Of a stretch of DNA of 64,000 nt, positions 20,032 to 29,080 are shown one piece after another. Positions within the stretch are counted from its first letter, which is position 1. Each line of letters opens with the position of its first letter. This stretch comes from Halorussus marinus (GTDB lineage: Archaea > Halobacteriota > Halobacteria > Halobacteriales > Haladaptataceae), in contig NZ_SBIV01000004.1 in NCBI RefSeq assembly GCF_004765795.1, positions 248,001 to 312,000 of the forward strand, in the 5' to 3' direction. The notes beneath the pieces are model-generated. The model saw only the letters and a program-made list of their open reading frames with translations. It had not been told where the DNA came from and searched no databases. The position numbers and the translations under genes are program-made.

Positions 20032-21483
20032 ATGAATTCTCCTAACATCGTACTAGTGGTGATGGATACTGCCTGCGCTAATGAAATAATACCACAAAAT
20101 GCACCGAATATAACGGATATCGCAAAGTCAGGAACCCAATTCTCAAACACATTTGCTACTGCTCCATGGACACTTCCTTCCCATGCAGGGCTCTTCACTG
20201 GAACTTACTCATCGAAGCATGGCGCACATGCAGGCCACAAACAACTGAACGGAAGGTTGGCAACACTTGGAGAAACCTTCCATTCCGCATCATACGAAAC
20301 CATTGCAATTTCGAATAATACGTGGATCAACGACGAGTTTGGATTTGGGCAGGGATTCAAGACGTTCTACAAGACATGGCAATACCTCCAGTCGGACGTG
20401 GATCTCACAGAAACTATCCGTAAAACCGAAGGGTGGGGGAAAATCCAAGCCGTTGCTTCAGAAATTATCGGAGGAAATCCTTTCATCAATTTCGTGAACG
20501 CAGCATACCGAAAGTTCGTGCGAAAAAGCGACGATTACGGCGCGAAGCGAACCAACCGGTGGATTTCCAACTGGCTCGACGACCGCGACACCCACCGACC
20601 GTTCTTACTCTTCGTGAACTACCTCGAACCGCATCTCGAATACCAGCCGCCGAAGGCACACGCCGAGCGGTTCCTCCCGGACGGCTGTCCCTTCGAGGAA
20701 GCGATGGAGGTCCCACAGGACGCCTGGGGGTACATCGCAGGGAACGTTGAAATGTCCGAAAGTGACTTCGAGATACTTCGCGCACTGTACCGAGCCGAGA
20801 TCTCGTATCTGGACCAGCGAATTGGAGAACTGCGTGACGAACTGATAGAGAGGGGTGAGTGGGAAGACACCGTGTTCGTCGTCACGGGTGACCACGGTGA
20901 AAACATAGGAGACCACGGTCTCATGGATCACCAGTACTGCCTCTACGATACGCTGCTCCACGTTCCGCTGGTCATCAACGGCGGCCCCTTCGAAGGCGGC
21001 GGAACCGTCGACGACCTCGTTCAACTCGTGGACCTCGCACCGACGCTACTGGACGTCGCGGACATCGACGCACACGAGATGCGAGCCCAGTTCCAAGGGC
21101 AATCGTTCCACCCGGACGCGGACCCGACCCGCGACCACGTAATCGCGGAGTACATGGCTCCCCAACCATCGATGGACGCGCTCGAAAAACGCGTCGGGAC
21201 ACTCCCCGAATCGGTGCGAACCTACGACCGCTCGCTTCGCGCAATTCGGACGGAAGACCACAAACTCATACGCGGTTCGGACGGGTCGCGAGAGTGCTAC
21301 CGAATTGGTGAGGATCCGAAGGAGACGACCGACTGTAGCAACGAGGATCCCGACTGGGCGTCCACGCTCGAAGCCGACCTCGACGACTGGCTCGGTTCGT
21401 TCGAACACGCCACCGTCGATGGATCGGTCGCGATGAAAGACGACACGAAACGACAACTCGAGGATCTCGGGTACCTTCAGTGA
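20032..21483 (+). CDS. Sulfatase-family protein
   Basis: PNIVLVVMDT, APWTLPSHAGLFTG, NYLEPHLEY, GDHGENIGDHGLMDH, LVDLAPTLL, LEDLGYLQ. Confidence 0.88.
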   Translation: MNSPNIVLVVMDTACANEIIPQNAPNITDIAKSGTQFSNTFATAPWTLPSHAGLFTGTYSSKHGAHAGHKQLNGRLATLGETFHSASYETIAISNNTWINDEFGFGQGFKTFYKTWQYLQSDVDLTETIRKTEGWGKIQAVASEIIGGNPFINFVNAAYRKFVRKSDDYGAKRTNRWISNWLDDRDTHRPFLLFVNYLEPHLEYQPPKAHAERFLPDGCPFEEAMEVPQDAWGYIAGNVEMSESDFEILRALYRAEISYLDQRIGELRDELIERGEWEDTVFVVTGDHGENIGDHGLMDHQYCLYDTLLHVPLVINGGPFEGGGTVDDLVQLVDLAPTLLDVADIDAHEMRAQFQGQSFHPDADPTRDHVIAEYMAPQPSMDALEKRVGTLPESVRTYDRSLRAIRTEDHKLIRGSDGSRECYRIGEDPKETTDCSNEDPDWASTLEADLDDWLGSFEHATVDGSVAMKDDTKRQLEDLGYLQ

Positions 21484-22574
21484 ACGAGCGACCGTAGTTG
21501 GCTTGTCGTTTGCTCGACCGTCGTCTCCCATTCTTGAACGCCCGCAACCGACGTTGGGACCTCGTCGGTTTCGAGCCAGTTGTTGACGCTTCGAGCGAAC
21601 GCTTCCGTTGACTTGATGTCGACCAGTTCGCCGCGCCCATCGACGAGCTCACGGAGCTGGTCCAACTGCGAACACACTGCTGGAACTCCCGACGCCATCG
21701 CTTCCAGCACTGTCCGCGGTAGTCCCTCGGCCCTGCTCGGGAGTACCAGCACGTCTCCGCTCCGATACACTCTCGGCATCTCGTCGTAGGGGACGTGTCC
21801 GAGGAAGTAAACGGACTCCGAAATACCAAGTTTGGCAACGAGTTCCTCAAGGGTTCCGCGCAGCGGGCCATCGCCGCACAGGTACAGGTTGATCTCTGGG
21901 TGTTGCTCCTGAAGGCGAGCCACTGCCCTAATCGCGTCTTCGGGTCGCTTACCTTTCACTAATCGACCCACGAACAGCACCACTAAGCTCTCACTTTCGA
22001 TCAAATCGCTCTTTGGTCCGTCCGGCGTGAACCGCTGAGTGTCGATTCCGTTTGGAACAACTTCGATCCGCGAGCGCACTCCTAAATCCCGCACGCGTCG
22101 TTTGTCTGTCTCTGTGTAACAGAACACCACGTCCGCCTGCTCGAACGTCCACCGACCCAGCGTCCGGAGATACGCGTCGAACACCCGCTCTGTCGCAGAC
22201 TGCGAGTACAGACCGTGATTCGTGATCGCGAGCGGAACATCTCCCAGTCGTCGCTTTAGCGCGGCCAAGTTCGTCGAGAAGTACAGATGCGAGTGAGCGT
22301 GAATTACGTCGAACTCTTCCCCATCGATACCCCACAGATACCGCGCAACGGCCGGGGAGATGTCGTTACCAGCAATCGTCACGCCCGGCGAGAGGCGAAC
22401 TACCGTGTAACCGCACGTTTCCTCGACCGAGGGTAGGTCGGGGCCCTCTTTCGTCGTCAACACTGTCACGTCGTGGCCCATCTCGGCCTGGTCTCGGCTC
22501 ATGGCGTGGACATGGTACTGTCCGCCACCCTTGGTATCGGGGTACAACTTCTGTGCGACGCGAAGGATCCGCAT
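21477..22574 (-). CDS. Glycosyltransferase family 4
   Basis: MRILRV start, VPNGID, FVGRLVKGK, PSRAEGLPRTVLEAMASG. Confidence 0.92.
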   Translation of the reverse strand: MRILRVAQKLYPDTKGGGQYHVHAMSRDQAEMGHDVTVLTTKEGPDLPSVEETCGYTVVRLSPGVTIAGNDISPAVARYLWGIDGEEFDVIHAHSHLYFSTNLAALKRRLGDVPLAITNHGLYSQSATERVFDAYLRTLGRWTFEQADVVFCYTETDKRRVRDLGVRSRIEVVPNGIDTQRFTPDGPKSDLIESESLVVLFVGRLVKGKRPEDAIRAVARLQEQHPEINLYLCGDGPLRGTLEELVAKLGISESVYFLGHVPYDEMPRVYRSGDVLVLPSRAEGLPRTVLEAMASGVPAVCSQLDQLRELVDGRGELVDIKSTEAFARSVNNWLETDEVPTSVAGVQEWETTVEQTTSQLRSLVH

Positions 22575-22798
22575 TTGCTGTTCGGTTGCTAGTATGCAGG
22601 TATCAACGTGACGATGTACATCAGTACTACACATGCTCTCGACTGGATTAGACCGCGCCACAGGAGGTGGACCCGGAATAGGAACCTTGATATGGAGTCA
22701 TTCAACTACGTCTTATCGTTGATTAATCACGGAACCCTCTACAGCAGGTATGGCCTACTGACCGTAGCTGTAGGAAACAAATGGACGGAGGATATTAC

Positions 22799-23776
22799 AT
22801 GAGCATTCTCATTACTGGTGGGTCAGGTTTCATCGGCTCTCACCTCGCCGATCACCTACTCGACGAGTCGAACGACAAAATACTCGTCTTGGACGACTTT
22901 TCGACCGGGGATGCCGGTAACCTCGACCACCTCGACACTGACCGAGTTGAGGTCCGCGACGGAGATATCCGTGACGCCGAGACCGTCCGCGAGACAGTCG
23001 GCGACGCCGACGCCGTCTACCACCTCGCAGCCGCAGTCGGCGTGCAGAACATCGTCGAGAATCCGCTTAACTCCCTGAAGACGAATCTCGAGGGAACCGA
23101 GAACGTCCTCGAAGCCGCAGCCGAAGACCGAACCCCGGTCTTCCTTGCCTCCTCGTCGGAGGTGTACGGCAAGTCCGAGGACGTACCTTTCAGCGAGTCC
23201 GACGACGCCGTCTACGGCCCGACGACGACGACTCGCTGGGGCTACGCGACCGCGAAGGCGACCGACGAATTCCTTGCCCTCGCCTACGCCGACGAACGTG
23301 ACCTTCCGGTCGTCATCGGTCGGTACTTCAACATCGTCGGCCCGCGACAGACCGGGCAGTACGGGATGGTGATCCCGACGTTCGTCGAGCAGGCGCTCGC
23401 GGGCGAGGACCTCACCGTCTACGGCGACGGCACCCAGACACGGAGTTTCACCCACGTCGCGGACGCGGTCGAACTCACCCACGAACTCCTTGAAAACGAG
23501 GACGCCCACGGTGAGATCTTCAACGTCGGCGCACCCGACCCGACGTCCATCAACGACCTCGCCGACCGCGCGATCGAGCTCACCGACTCCGACTCCGAGA
23601 TCACCCACGTTCCCTTCGAGAAGGTGTACGGCGAGGACTTCGAAGAGCCGGACCAACGTGAACCCGACGTGACGAAACTCCGTGAGACGCTCGGCTGGAC
23701 TCCGGAGGCGGACCTCGACAGGATCCTGACCGACGTGATCGACGAGCGAACCTCTGAGGAGGTCGTCGCGGAATGA
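22799..23776 (+). CDS. NAD-dependent nucleotide-sugar epimerase/dehydratase
   Basis: GGSGFIG, SSSEVYG, YATAK (YxxxK), RYFNIVGPRQ. Confidence 0.92.
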   Translation: MSILITGGSGFIGSHLADHLLDESNDKILVLDDFSTGDAGNLDHLDTDRVEVRDGDIRDAETVRETVGDADAVYHLAAAVGVQNIVENPLNSLKTNLEGTENVLEAAAEDRTPVFLASSSEVYGKSEDVPFSESDDAVYGPTTTTRWGYATAKATDEFLALAYADERDLPVVIGRYFNIVGPRQTGQYGMVIPTFVEQALAGEDLTVYGDGTQTRSFTHVADAVELTHELLENEDAHGEIFNVGAPDPTSINDLADRAIELTDSDSEITHVPFEKVYGEDFEEPDQREPDVTKLRETLGWTPEADLDRILTDVIDERTSEEVVAE

Positions 23777-25140
23777 CGGACCGTCCAGCAAACGACCTCC
23801 AGACGCGACTCCAAGACCGAGACGCGCGAATCGGCGTCATCGGCCTCGGCTACGTCGGTCTTCCCCTGAGCCTCGAATTCACGAATGCAGGCTACTCAGT
23901 CGCTGGTTTCGACATTGACACCGATCGCGTCGCGTCCCTCAAAGAGGGTCGGAGCTACGTAGACGACGTGTCCGACGACCAACTCTTGACTGCCCTCGAC
24001 GCGGGGTTCACGCCCGACGACGACCCATCCGTCGTCACCGACTGTGACGCCTACGTACTCGCAGTCCCGACGGGCATCTCGAACGGAGAACCCCAAATGG
24101 ACGCCGTCGAGAGTGCGACGCGGACGGTCGGCGAGCAGGCTGGCGACCGTGACACCCTCGTCGTCGTTAGCAGCACCGTCTATCCAGGCGCGACGAACGA
24201 GGTTGTCGAGCCCACCCTCCACGAGCACTGCGACCCCGACCGAACCCACATTGCGATGGTCCCCGAACGACTCAACCCCGGCGGGGGTGTCCCGGTCGAG
24301 GAGATTCCCCTCGTGGTCGGTGCGGACGACGAGACCGCTCGCACCGCTGCCTCCACGCTCTTCCAGGCGTTCGTCACGGACACGCACCCCGTCGATAGCG
24401 TGACGACCGCCGAACTGACGAAGACCCTAGAGAACACCTACCGGATGGTGAACACTGCACTCGTCAACGAGCTCACCGCGTTCGCCGAACGGTTCGACGC
24501 CGACGTCTGGAACGCCATCGAGGCCGCCTCGACCAAGCCGTTCGGCTTCCAGGCGTTCTATCCCGGTCCCGGCGTCGGCGGCCACTGCATCCCCATCGAC
24601 CCGCAGTTCCTCACGTGGCGGGCGTCCGAACTCGGCACCGAACTCTCGCTCGTCGACGAGGCCCAGCGCATCAACGAGTGGATGCCCTCGGTCGTGGTCG
24701 AGCGAATCGAGCATGTGCTCGCCGAGCGCGGCGTTGAGCCCTGCGAAGCCTCGATCGTCGCCCTCGGACTGGCATACAAAGCCGATGTCGGCGACACCCG
24801 CCGCTCGCCAGCGCTCGAGATCTCGGAGCGCCTCGACCACGACGGGAACGTCATCGCGGTCGACCCCCACGTGGACGCGGTCGAGAGCGACCTCGCAGTC
24901 GTCAAATCGACGGCCGAGGTTCCCCTTGAGGACGCGGACCTCGTCGTGCTCCTCGTCGATCACGAGGCATTCGATATAGACGCAATCACGGCTCGTACCC
25001 CATTGATATTTGACACGCGCGATGCCGTTTCGGTCGACAGTGATGCGGAAGTCGTCACGCTCGGCGATGAGTCCGCTGCACTGAAACAGTCCGTGAAACG
25101 ACGTGAGGAGGAGCAACTCAACTCGACTCCCCGTCGGTAA
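23773..25140 (+). CDS. Nucleotide-sugar dehydrogenase (UDP-N-acetylhexosamine 6-dehydrogenase, WecC/WbpA-like)
   Basis: GLGYVGLP, STVYPG, PERLNPG, KTLENTYR, GPGVGGHCIPIDP. Confidence 0.92.
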   Translation: MTDRPANDLQTRLQDRDARIGVIGLGYVGLPLSLEFTNAGYSVAGFDIDTDRVASLKEGRSYVDDVSDDQLLTALDAGFTPDDDPSVVTDCDAYVLAVPTGISNGEPQMDAVESATRTVGEQAGDRDTLVVVSSTVYPGATNEVVEPTLHEHCDPDRTHIAMVPERLNPGGGVPVEEIPLVVGADDETARTAASTLFQAFVTDTHPVDSVTTAELTKTLENTYRMVNTALVNELTAFAERFDADVWNAIEAASTKPFGFQAFYPGPGVGGHCIPIDPQFLTWRASELGTELSLVDEAQRINEWMPSVVVERIEHVLAERGVEPCEASIVALGLAYKADVGDTRRSPALEISERLDHDGNVIAVDPHVDAVESDLAVVKSTAEVPLEDADLVVLLVDHEAFDIDAITARTPLIFDTRDAVSVDSDAEVVTLGDESAALKQSVKRREEEQLNSTPRR

Positions 25141-25191
25141 CTTTGATCCGGGTTTCGTTCGATAACCGTCTCCATTTCTCGATTAGCGCGC

Positions 25192-26628
25192 CTACTTCTC
25201 GCGCTCGTCCGCTCTAATTTCGAGGAGGTCCTCGAACACCTGCCAGAACTGCCGGACCACGATCTCTACGTCGAACCACGGCGACTGCTTGCGGATGTAC
25301 TCAATGTCGTACCTGATCTTCTCGGCCGGTTCTTTCCCCGTCGCGTCGTTGATCTGCGCGAGCCCGGTCAGTCCCGGTTTGACGAACCATCGCTGTCGCC
25401 AGATGTTCACCTCAGATTCGTATTCAGGCTCCAGTTCGGTTATCGCAGGGCGAGGTCCGACGACGCTCATATCGCCGACGAGGATCGACCACAGCTGGGG
25501 GATCTCGTCCAAATGGGTCTTCCGGAGGAACTCGCCAAGGGGCGTCTTCCGATCTCGTTCGATAGCTAAACTCACCTTCTCCTCTGGCTCCGGCTTGAGC
25601 GTCCGGAACTTGTATATCTGAAAGGTATCTCCGAATCGATACGTCCGCTCTTGCGTGTAGAACACGGGACCGTGTCCCTCGATTTTGATGGCAAGCGCAA
25701 TGAGCAGGATAATCGGAGAGAGGGCCAGCAGCGCCGTTCCGGCGAACGCCACGTCGAACAGTTGCTTCAGCAACCGGTCCTGCCAGTCCCACGGTTCAAG
25801 GTCGATCTCCACGACGGAGTCGTCCGCATCGCCCGGCGTCAGCACGGTGTCGGAGTGCTTGCGGTGGACCATCGCCCTGACGCCGTGTTCGTGGCAGGCG
25901 TGGAGCGCGCCGAAGAATTCGGCCCGGTCGGTCCGGTCGAACGCCAACACTGCCGTATCGACATCGTACTCAACGAAGACCTCGTCGAGTTGCGAAAGGC
26001 CGTCGAGCCGTTCGACGGCGTCCGGCGACCATCCGCTCCCGTCAGCGACGACGGGGTTCTCGGCGAGTCGGGGGTCCGTCTCGGTCTCATACGGACTCGG
26101 CGGCGCGACGTAGCCGACGACCGGCATGTCGATGGCTTCGAGTACCTCTAGTATCTCCTCGATGTCGTCGCCGACTACCACAGCACGTTTGCTACCTGTA
26201 GGCCGACGACCGATTGCTACGAACCACGGCGGAAGAACGACTAGCATTGTCATCACGGCCACCCCAAGCGTAGCGCGTGGCAGTCGATACGAGTAGTTTG
26301 CATAGCTGATTGCTGCGAGTGCGAATCCCGAGAGAACCACTCGCTTCTGGACGAGCAAGACCGTATCCAGCAACCGCCGTGGACGAGGCTTGAAAAGCGG
26401 AACGAAACTCGCCGTGACCATGGCAACTGTAGTTAGAAGGGCTATCACTAGATCGCCCCCTCCTAGTACAACGGGCGATAGTCGTCGCACGAGGGGGATG
26501 TGAGTCGTCACCTCCGATTGGACGACGGGGAGGTTACCGACGAGGACGCCGAGCACAGCCGCGGCGACGGTTCCCCCGACGCTCACGACGCGGTACCGGT
26601 GACCGGAGACCATCACGCTATCCCCCAC
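25192..26628 (-). CDS. Bacterial-type polyprenyl-phosphate phosphoglycosyltransferase (WcaJ/WbaP-like sugar transferase)
   Basis: N-terminal TMs, then KQLFDVAF, YKFRTL, FLRKTHLDEIPQLWSILVGDMSVVGPRP, VKPGLTGLAQ; start may be 26613. Confidence 0.92.
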   Translation of the reverse strand: MGDSVMVSGHRYRVVSVGGTVAAAVLGVLVGNLPVVQSEVTTHIPLVRRLSPVVLGGGDLVIALLTTVAMVTASFVPLFKPRPRRLLDTVLLVQKRVVLSGFALAAISYANYSYRLPRATLGVAVMTMLVVLPPWFVAIGRRPTGSKRAVVVGDDIEEILEVLEAIDMPVVGYVAPPSPYETETDPRLAENPVVADGSGWSPDAVERLDGLSQLDEVFVEYDVDTAVLAFDRTDRAEFFGALHACHEHGVRAMVHRKHSDTVLTPGDADDSVVEIDLEPWDWQDRLLKQLFDVAFAGTALLALSPIILLIALAIKIEGHGPVFYTQERTYRFGDTFQIYKFRTLKPEPEEKVSLAIERDRKTPLGEFLRKTHLDEIPQLWSILVGDMSVVGPRPAITELEPEYESEVNIWRQRWFVKPGLTGLAQINDATGKEPAEKIRYDIEYIRKQSPWFDVEIVVRQFWQVFEDLLEIRADEREK

Positions 26629-26682
26629 ACCCAGTCAGCTTAAAAGCTATGAAGTACCGCCTCTGTATAGTGATTTAATACC

Positions 26683-27669
26683 TCACGACTTCCGCACGAG
26701 CGGTTCGTACCAGTCTCTATTCTCTTGATACCACTCCGTAAACTGCTCGACGCCCTCTCGAATTGTCGTCGTCGGCTCGTAATCGAGCAGCTCTCTCGCC
26801 TTCGAGACGTCGGCGTGGGTGTGTTCGGCATCGGCGTCGTTGCGCTCGTCGTACACCAGATCTAGCTCCGGCGCGAGCTGGTCTCGGATTTCTTCGGCCA
26901 GCACTCGAATCTCGATGTTGTCCGTACTGCCGATATTCATCGCCTCGCCATCCGCCGCGTTCGTCTCCAGCAGCGTCCCGTTCGCACGCACCACGTCGTC
27001 GATGTACGTAAAGTCCCGGGTTTGGGTCCCTTCTCCGTAAATAACGGGCGGCTCGCCGTTCATACACCGCGAGACGAAGTTCGAGATGGCCATATTCGGG
27101 CGCATCCGCGGGCCGTACACCGTGAAGTACCGCAGCGACACCGTCGGCAGCCCGTACACCTCGTTGTACACGCGCGCGTACTGTTCCTCGGCGAGCTTCG
27201 ACGCGCCGTAGGGGCTCACGGGCGTCGTCGGATGCTCCTCGTCGTACGGTAGGTAGTTGGGCTTGCCGTACACCGACGAGGAACTCGCGACGACCACGCG
27301 CGTGGTGTCGGAATTGCGGGCTGCCTCCAGTACGTTCAGCGTCCCATCGACGTTGATCTCGTTGACCTTCTGGGGCTGCTCGACGCTCGTCCGAACGCCC
27401 GCCTGCGCGGCCTGGTGGAAGACGAAGTCAGCGTCGCCGACGTACTCGTCGATAAGCTCCTCATCACGAATATCCCCCTGAATCAGTTCGTAACTACCGT
27501 CACTCTCCTCGGCTGCACGCCGACCCTGTTCGACGTTGTGTTCCTTGATGCCGAGATCGTAGTACGGCTCAAAGTTGTCGAGCGCGACTACGTCGTGGCC
27601 GTTATAGGCAAACTGCTCAGCGAGGTGACCACCGATGAAGCCCGCGCCGCCCGTCACGAGGATCTCCAT
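26683..27669 (-). CDS. NAD-dependent epimerase (UDP-glucose/UDP-glucuronate 4-epimerase-like)
   Basis: GGAGFIG, HQAAQAGVR, SPYGASK, LRYFTVYGPRMRPNMA. Confidence 0.92.
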   Translation of the reverse strand: MEILVTGGAGFIGGHLAEQFAYNGHDVVALDNFEPYYDLGIKEHNVEQGRRAAEESDGSYELIQGDIRDEELIDEYVGDADFVFHQAAQAGVRTSVEQPQKVNEINVDGTLNVLEAARNSDTTRVVVASSSSVYGKPNYLPYDEEHPTTPVSPYGASKLAEEQYARVYNEVYGLPTVSLRYFTVYGPRMRPNMAISNFVSRCMNGEPPVIYGEGTQTRDFTYIDDVVRANGTLLETNAADGEAMNIGSTDNIEIRVLAEEIRDQLAPELDLVYDERNDADAEHTHADVSKARELLDYEPTTTIREGVEQFTEWYQENRDWYEPLVRKS

Positions 27670-27721
27670 TATGTTCGAGTCCCCGAATTCCCCTTACAAA
27701 AAGCCACCGAGTTTGTCACAG

Positions 27722-28480
27722 TCAGTTCACGGACGCCTCAACCGCGTCTGACTCATCTACTTCGATATCCTCACCACGCAACAACTTCTCGGCCTTCTCA
27801 CGGTCCTCGGGATAGCCAACATCGATGCGCCAGCCGTCCATCCGGATCGCGTCAATCGTCCGGCCGCTCTGGATTAGCAAATCGATTGCCTCGCTAATCT
27901 CGTACTCGCCCCGGTTCGACGGCTGCACTAGATGACAGGCGTGGAAGATAGCTGACGTAAACGTGTAGAAACCAGTCATCACGAGATTCGACGGCGGGTC
28001 GTCAGGCTTTTCGACAACATCAGTTATCTCGCCGTAATCGTTCGTGTCACAGACGCCGTACCGACCGGCGTCCTCGTAGGGCACCTCTTCGACCAGGAAG
28101 GCAGCATCCGCACGGTCCTCCTGCTGTCGGTTGACCACGTCGCCGAGGTTCGCGTCAAAGACGTTATCGCCGAGCATCAGCATGAAGTCGTCATCGATGT
28201 GCTCCTCGACAGTCAGCAGGGCATGGGCGAGCCCCTTCTGTTCGCGCTGGTGCGCGTAGGTCATCGGAATCCCATCGAATTCATCGCCATAGTGGTCGAT
28301 AATGTCCTGTTTCCGGTAGCCGACGACGACGACGAATTCGTCGGCGCCGAGCTCGGCCAACTGCTCAAAGCAGCGGGTTAGAATGGGCTTTCCGTCGACC
28401 TCAACCATCCCCTTGGGCTTGTCCTCGGTCAGCGGCCGCAGGCGAGTTCCCTCGCCGGCCGCGAGTACGACTGCTTTCAT
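27722..28480 (-). CDS. aglF: UTP--glucose-1-phosphate uridylyltransferase AglF
   Basis: MKAVVLAAGEGTRLRPLTEDKPK, VEKPDDPPSNLVMTGFY, RGEYEISEAI; haloarchaeal AglF pattern. Confidence 0.85.
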   Translation of the reverse strand: MKAVVLAAGEGTRLRPLTEDKPKGMVEVDGKPILTRCFEQLAELGADEFVVVVGYRKQDIIDHYGDEFDGIPMTYAHQREQKGLAHALLTVEEHIDDDFMLMLGDNVFDANLGDVVNRQQEDRADAAFLVEEVPYEDAGRYGVCDTNDYGEITDVVEKPDDPPSNLVMTGFYTFTSAIFHACHLVQPSNRGEYEISEAIDLLIQSGRTIDAIRMDGWRIDVGYPEDREKAEKLLRGEDIEVDESDAVEASVN

Positions 28481-28807
28481 GTACTGTTGGCCCTCACTGG
28501 AGTATTAAATAGCTTTAGACTCAATGACGGTACCCTCTTTAGATGCGGGTTTCTATTCTTTGTCTCGACTGCGTGATCAACCACCACCTTGGCATACTGA
28601 GAGGGTGAGACAGGGTCGGCGAACCCGACAACAATCTCATGAGCGACGCGTATCTCGTCAGCCAAGCACTGCCGTTCTAGCTGGTCGAAGTATGCAGCGA
28701 GTCGCAAGATTCAAGCGGCTTGAGAGTTTTCGAGCCTCAATCGCAATTCTGCTAATATACCGGAATACTGCTCCGTGATGTTCAGGCTTTGGTAGTACGG
28801 AGTTACA

Positions 28808-29039
28808 GGCACTGTCTAGTTAAGCGATTCGTAGAAATATTGGCGTGAGAGTACCTCTCTAACCGGTGGTGGAGCAACACTATTCATGCACTGGGGCCGA
28901 GATGTTTGCCGAGCTGGTCGAATTGGGGCCGCTCAGGGATTCCCGGCTGTACGTCTCACTGTTCAGACACTGGTTTTGCTCCAAATGAGCTACGGTCATC
29001 GTCCTACCCGCTGGCGATTTTGCCTAACTAGACAGTGCC
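28808..29039. mobile_element. 232-bp non-autonomous IS6-type MITE
   Basis: Perfect 15-bp TIRs ggcactgtctagtta / taactagacagtgcc; 8-bp target duplication gagttaca at 28800-28807 and 29040-29047; no transposase. Confidence 0.93.
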
Positions 29040-29080
29040 GAGTTACACTTCGTAACGAAAATGATTATTCCCCAAGACGT

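Noticed and set aside
28481..28799. Short ORFs between aglF and the MITE
   Set aside because: No recognisable motif or haloarchaeal codon/acidity signature; may be a decayed fragment but cannot be assigned
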